A stretch of DNA of 64,000 bases from Halobacteriovoraceae bacterium (GTDB lineage Bacteria > Bdellovibrionota > Bacteriovoracia > Bacteriovoracales > Bacteriovoracaceae): NCBI GenBank assembly GCA_963719505.1, contig CAVRCF010000005.1:864001-928000 (forward strand), written 5' to 3'. The position numbers were made by a program, and so were the translations under genes. This document shows positions 60,401 to 64,000 of this stretch, in pieces (positions within the stretch are counted from its first letter, which is position 1; each line of letters begins with the position of its first letter). The notes beneath the pieces were generated by a model. It was not told the origin of the DNA. It did not search any database and worked only from the letters and a program-made list of their open reading frames with translations.

Positions 60401-62030
60401 GAAGTCTTGATCTAAACTCACTTTCGTGAACTTTTGACATGTAGCTCTCTACATATGTTTTTATTCCTTCAAGACCAGATTTACTTACATACGGAAAAGT
60501 TCCTTGAATATTATTAATAATCCCTTCAACTCTTACCTTATAAGCTTCAGTTGCTATTCTTTGAACGATTTTGTTTTTACTCAAAACTCCGTCACTAGGC
60601 ATAACGATAGATGCAAAGTGATCATTTGAAAAAGTATCCCATGCATAGTCTTCAGCTAAAAGTCTCAACTCAGAATCCTCTGCAGCTCTTTGTCTAAACT
60701 GTGCATCCGTTGAAAGAGAGTTATACATGTCATTAGACATATAACTTTTTAAGTCTCTTACTTTTGTCATCACATAGTAGTTCATCTCACTTGCTGCTGA
60801 GTCACTAAGAATTGACTCTTCTCTCGAAGCATCAATAAGCTTTCCCCAGTGCTTTACATAACTAGAGTAGAACGCATCATGTTCCCAAAGGTCAGTCATA
60901 GCTTCTGAATCATTCATCGATCCACCAGCTCCAGGTCTAAATGAAAGAAAGCCCTTTCCGCACTCGCGAACTTTTGGATTTGGTATTGTTGTATTTGTCA
61001 GCCTTTGAACGGCCCAGTGATTTGTAAGAGTTTCCCTAACACCTAGATATTGAACAAGTTTTCCATATTCAACTTTAGTTTTTGGCTTTTCCATAGCCAT
61101 ATATTCGAAAGTCTGTTTATCTTGCTCGCCTATTTCAAACTCAAGATACTCACCATTATCAACAGTCAAAACCTTGTAGTTAACTCTTGCCAGGATCTCT
61201 AATCCATATTGCTTCTTAAGTTTTAAGTTCAATTCCTTAAAATGATCAAATTTATACGTCTTAAGAACATTGTGATTTTTGTGAGCCACATAAGCATAAA
61301 GCTTATGAAGACGAGAAACGATTGTGAGATATCTAAAAGCATGCTTAAGGTAATGAGGAACGTATTTTCCATCCATTCTTACGTTCGCTTTGCCATTATC
61401 AACAAATGTATTTTTAATTCCTCTTAATTTCGCAAGAAGTGTTAAAACAGAGTTTGTATAAAATTCATAAGAAACTTCAAGTTCTTTGTGATCAAATCCG
61501 TTGAGAGAGCTATTTACACCCTGCTTATCAAGCATCGTCATAAGCGCCTCAGCCTCTTCAATTGATGAGTCTAGACCTTTAACGAGAACCTTTGAATTGA
61601 CCTCTCCTCTTAAAGCTGAGGCTTTGCTCATTGAACAACTTGGAGTTGGTATAAAAGCGAGAAACTTTCCACCAAAGTTTTCAAGGCAGTATCTCGTTGC
61701 TGGCTCGTAATCATAAAGAGTACAGTTATTTTTTTGACCATCTTCGTAATACATACAACTTGCTTCAACAACTTTACTTAGTTCTGCTTGAGAAGGAGTA
61801 AAAGTCTCTCCTCTGTAGCTGAAAGATACCTCTTTAGAACAAGTATCAGTTGTATAAAATGAAAGGTAGTCAGCTCCGTATTTTTTAGTACACCATTTAT
61901 CAGCCGCTTTATTTTCAGTAGCAATACATCCTTCAAACTCTGCATCCATCTCAGTCATACAAACGGCAGAAGCATTCAAGGAAAACATCAGTGAAAGTGT
62001 AGCGATAAATAGCGTAAATACTTTAGACAT
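57405..62030 (-). CDS. Very large secreted protein of unknown function, 1541 aa
   Basis: ATG 62030 with GGAGA RBS and signal peptide; two N-terminal 4-Cys repeats; internal Gly/Ala-rich hydrophobic hairpin. Confidence 0.85.
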   Translation of the reverse strand: MSKVFTLFIATLSLMFSLNASAVCMTEMDAEFEGCIATENKAADKWCTKKYGADYLSFYTTDTCSKEVSFSYRGETFTPSQAELSKVVEASCMYYEDGQKNNCTLYDYEPATRYCLENFGGKFLAFIPTPSCSMSKASALRGEVNSKVLVKGLDSSIEEAEALMTMLDKQGVNSSLNGFDHKELEVSYEFYTNSVLTLLAKLRGIKNTFVDNGKANVRMDGKYVPHYLKHAFRYLTIVSRLHKLYAYVAHKNHNVLKTYKFDHFKELNLKLKKQYGLEILARVNYKVLTVDNGEYLEFEIGEQDKQTFEYMAMEKPKTKVEYGKLVQYLGVRETLTNHWAVQRLTNTTIPNPKVRECGKGFLSFRPGAGGSMNDSEAMTDLWEHDAFYSSYVKHWGKLIDASREESILSDSAASEMNYYVMTKVRDLKSYMSNDMYNSLSTDAQFRQRAAEDSELRLLAEDYAWDTFSNDHFASIVMPSDGVLSKNKIVQRIATEAYKVRVEGIINNIQGTFPYVSKSGLEGIKTYVESYMSKVHESEFRSRLQKKLLATLRNYNNQSELRRANREAKINETLSVVKKSVQAARILKGLEEEEQIHTMLRLDPENVEELMMFFENKLKSNFDIQFALENNPEWAKELSEFFESIAKDFNKKYLVQKNGKYEYTGSSIARAQSLRKITKEYAKELHKKFPFDVQGYILRQYQNRVEIFPRDNTRVARPRLPVFADGKPFNLSNRDFMQEVSQEDMDNVLNYVARLNENVADNTAVAVHPYFTSVPRKVPGVTPGWNKDKLTTGEVAIPTFINDSGKIISPKGVVGQVNNELLRLVKNANILNKKSVEKLEQKPEVLKYTKARSISEEKRIKSMNHFVYRLLTVLNLNMMGYSNGIVGDLFASQNSDQELLAINKTSQAYQMAPLLRNDYTWTETYTAHTPSYGMYGMGSSTTYQSTKTKKAPLLTQISLEAYNKKTGYLDERKAKEMIDDVIEDGIKNAGSKLYKFCVANYLNYKNDQSFKDMFKASGFLRATIKNPMGGSEEEAKHLENLDTAIVKDIRSKWEALNEDYFEPSLKVLGYAALVALAVVLIIGSGGTAAPGVIGGVYAMASGFLALEFFISFPIVVGSLYARVNTHFVEMPHQLKFQRSLAQSQVDFSQVVDWDMLRSEQAALKSKQAWTIGLMPLDFLYAGALVKHIGKSSGVVGRGAYRRLTNTKLRGFSAPPAGTYKIERFKDLRARLGAPKALVAKGQQIINRARAYQPRYQALPPELLHGAPLRIGLSRAAKEAGVHTKPWQLLEEIKTYQKALSDRLTTYTEFVSKEAGYVQKIKLNGGLGFREVLDNGIQYSKYAFVPSSYLKAVKEGRLVKFLKDNDQMWTELKDMQAKMVKDRADNIAKTVDKMMDFKNGIQAGTIVREGDDLMGQMLKNFTDQEILVLKEVAKKSKGTMKAFHKTFKDHAKVVEGLRPMAYLYGNTAQNFKMAVYPQNTFMGDVVDPNYKFKSDSEDLINYYESMVSQNGTLTEEANRARQIMEEKIAQSMSIDNGVRTYHD

Positions 62031-62064
62031 AGTCTCTCCAATACAATAGTAGTGATAACTATAT

Positions 62065-62080
62065 TGCAATGGAGGTGCCA
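62065..62080 (-). promoter_or_regulatory. Sigma-54 (RpoN) -24/-12 promoter
   Basis: Minus strand TGGCACCTCCATTGCA, near-perfect match to TGGCAC-N5-TTGCA, 34 bp upstream of ATG 62030. Confidence 0.85.
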
Positions 62081-62163
62081 ACTTAAGCTCAACTGTGTTG
62101 GCCTTTGGGCATCAAATTAGTGCAGCAACTATACAGTGTCTAAACTTTTGACACCTAGGAAAT

Positions 62164-64000
62164 TTATTCAGATCTTCGACTTTCACGGTTTTCTTGACGT
62201 ATCATTCTCCGTCTTTCACCCTTTGAGAACTCAGTCAATCTTTTCAACACAGCCTCATAACGAATAACAGTTCCCTCAATTTGATCGACAGGAAATCGTT
62301 CATCAACACCATGAAATGTAGACAATAATTCAGGTGAAATATAAGCCGGAAAAAATCCATAACTTGGAATTGATTTTACATTTTCGACACCAGCGCTCCA
62401 TGGATTTCTAAACCATGTTGAGTCACTTCCAGCTGGAAAAAGGTACGGTGTTATCATTGTTTTTTCCGTCGCACCAAGCTCTTTTTGAACGTCTTTTACA
62501 GCATCTAAAATATCTTTAAACATTGCGGACTTCACACTCGACTGAGAAACATTCCATCCATCAAGAATATCGATTCCTAAGTCGCGATCCCCTATTAACT
62601 TAAGGAGCTCTTTCCTAAAATCTCCAGCGTGATCGTGAGAGTGCTTGTACTCTTTTGCGGTATGAACAAGTCTACAATCAACCAATGCTGATGCTTTTTG
62701 ATCTTTAAAATTCAAAGCAGAAAACTGACAAGTGGTTCGAAAAAGTCCATCAACTCCAAACTCATCTTCAACACCACTTAGCACGAGATTTTTAACAAAA
62801 GGAATAAACTGGAGAACCTTTACAACTCTTAACAAGAAGTTACTTTTTGATAATGTCTTAATAAACATTTTCGTTGCATTTGTTCGAACAAATTTAAAAA
62901 ACTTTGGATTTTTTACTTTTCGTTTTAATTTTATCAGTCCAAGACGATGAAGCCCTACAGCGACGGCATCAAGAGCGGACTCATTCATTCCTGTAGAGCC
63001 GTGAGATGCTGATCGAGTTTGAACATTTACTTTCAAAAGTCCATTAACAGTCTCTATTTTTGTCTCTACTGTTTTAAAACTTTTCTTAAAGGCTTCTTCA
63101 AAAATAAGATTATCAGCTTCTTTATTTTGACAGTCAAAGTAGAGATTAACCGAAGAAGCGATAACATTGACCTTTGAATTTGGAGTTTCTATTTCTTTTA
63201 AACTGCAAGAATGAGAATAAATATGTTCTCTTTTAGAGATAAACTTTTTTACATCAATGATTTTTGCCCTATTGAGGTTTTCTAACAGTGATTCAAGAGT
63301 GGAGTGAGTAACATCAAGCCATGCACCACCTTTTTCTTCAACAGCTAGCAAAAAGAGATTCCACTTTTCGTTTGGAGTCTTTGCAATCGCGCCACCGCCC
63401 TCATTGAGAAGGAGTGCAGTATTGCTCAGACTTGCAAGCTCTCCACCAGGTCCCATTTTTTTAAGAACACCTATAGCTCCTGAGCCGGATTGTTCTTCAT
63501 CTGCTACGGCAAGAAAATGTATATCCCTTTTAAGGGCGACTCCTTGTAATTTTTGAATATGCATTGAAATCATCTCGGTGATGGCAATACTTTTCATATC
63601 TAGAGCACCACGCCCCCAGATAAAGTCTCTTTCAGGCTCGCTCTCACTTCCCGCAATCTTACCACTCCAAACTAGACTTGGATCTTGCCACTGGTTTGGA
63701 TTAGCACCAACAACATCCATATGATTGAGTAAAATAATTGATTCGACATCGGTCACTTTACTCCAGTCATAGCTATTAGATAGATTAGCCGGAAGGGTTG
63801 CTATAAAGTTCATTCGAGTTTCATTCTCACCCGTGAGGTCTTCCACTTCAATTTTCTTAAAAGCGTAGTCCAATTGAGAAAAAACCTGTTCAAAGAAGAT
63901 AACTGCTTTTTCCTCATTCCCTTTTGGACTAACCGTTTTAATTTTTATGTATTCAGAAAGACAAGTTGTAAAAGCCTTTTCAATTTTTCTTTGGGAAACC
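62164..64000 (-). CDS. M20/M25/M40 family metallopeptidase, 5'-truncated by window edge
   Basis: LLNHMDVV, IWGRGALDMK, VADEE, LNEGG, AGSDS, FHGVDER; the frame stays open to the window end. Confidence 0.92.
   Translation of the reverse strand, partial: VSQRKIEKAFTTCLSEYIKIKTVSPKGNEEKAVIFFEQVFSQLDYAFKKIEVEDLTGENETRMNFIATLPANLSNSYDWSKVTDVESIILLNHMDVVGANPNQWQDPSLVWSGKIAGSESEPERDFIWGRGALDMKSIAITEMISMHIQKLQGVALKRDIHFLAVADEEQSGSGAIGVLKKMGPGGELASLSNTALLLNEGGGAIAKTPNEKWNLFLLAVEEKGGAWLDVTHSTLESLLENLNRAKIIDVKKFISKREHIYSHSCSLKEIETPNSKVNVIASSVNLYFDCQNKEADNLIFEEAFKKSFKTVETKIETVNGLLKVNVQTRSASHGSTGMNESALDAVAVGLHRLGLIKLKRKVKNPKFFKFVRTNATKMFIKTLSKSNFLLRVVKVLQFIPFVKNLVLSGVEDEFGVDGLFRTTCQFSALNFKDQKASALVDCRLVHTAKEYKHSHDHAGDFRKELLKLIGDRDLGIDILDGWNVSQSSVKSAMFKDILDAVKDVQKELGATEKTMITPYLFPAGSDSTWFRNPWSAGVENVKSIPSYGFFPAYISPELLSTFHGVDERFPVDQIEGTVIRYEAVLKRLTEFSKGERRRMIRQENRESRRSE

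Noticed and set aside
920-62950. Numerous 60-150 aa ORFs nested in or antisense to long genes (e.g. 9995-10444, 22772-23221, 43626-43985)
   Set aside because: They overlap well-supported genes and show no RBS or family motifs.
1-64000. tRNA, rRNA, IS elements, integrases or prophage genes
   Set aside because: None recognised in ORFs or intergenic gaps by eye; tRNAscan-SE and Infernal would be needed to exclude small RNAs formally.

Overview
Gene-dense, AT-rich bacterial chromosomal window with about 56 CDS. I recognised no rRNA, tRNA, CRISPR array, transposase, integrase or phage gene. The many secreted proteases, nucleases and unknown lipoproteins, the orphan MotA/ExbD-type pairs and the degenerate HD-GYP protein suggest a predatory Bdellovibrionota (Bacteriovoracales-like) organism; this is an inference and no search was run. 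Housekeeping genes are sfsA, nadD, rpsU, nth, meaB with both methylmalonyl-CoA mutase subunits, prc, pyrD, tesA-ybbA-ybbP, exbB-exbD and a TolC-RND-TetR operon. Signals not visible in the ORF track: (1) a compact cobalamin riboswitch in front of an acyl-CoA thioesterase, in a window that also encodes B12-dependent methylmalonyl-CoA mutase; (2) three exact sigma-54 -24/-12 promoters, each in front of a large, unusual exported protein or pair (barrel plus 1322-aa metalloprotease; a Cys-repeat/Pro-Arg-repeat protein; a 1541-aa protein with a hydrophobic hairpin); (3) three sigma-28-type promoters; (4) six probable leaderless genes; (5) a 33-aa membrane microprotein; (6) paired TetR-type operators; (7) a MotA-like plus ExbD-like pair whose periplasmic domain looks circularly permuted; (8) a membrane pyrophosphatase gene broken by nine +1 insertions, most likely a local sequencing or polishing artefact. 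All family calls come from motif recognition by eye.
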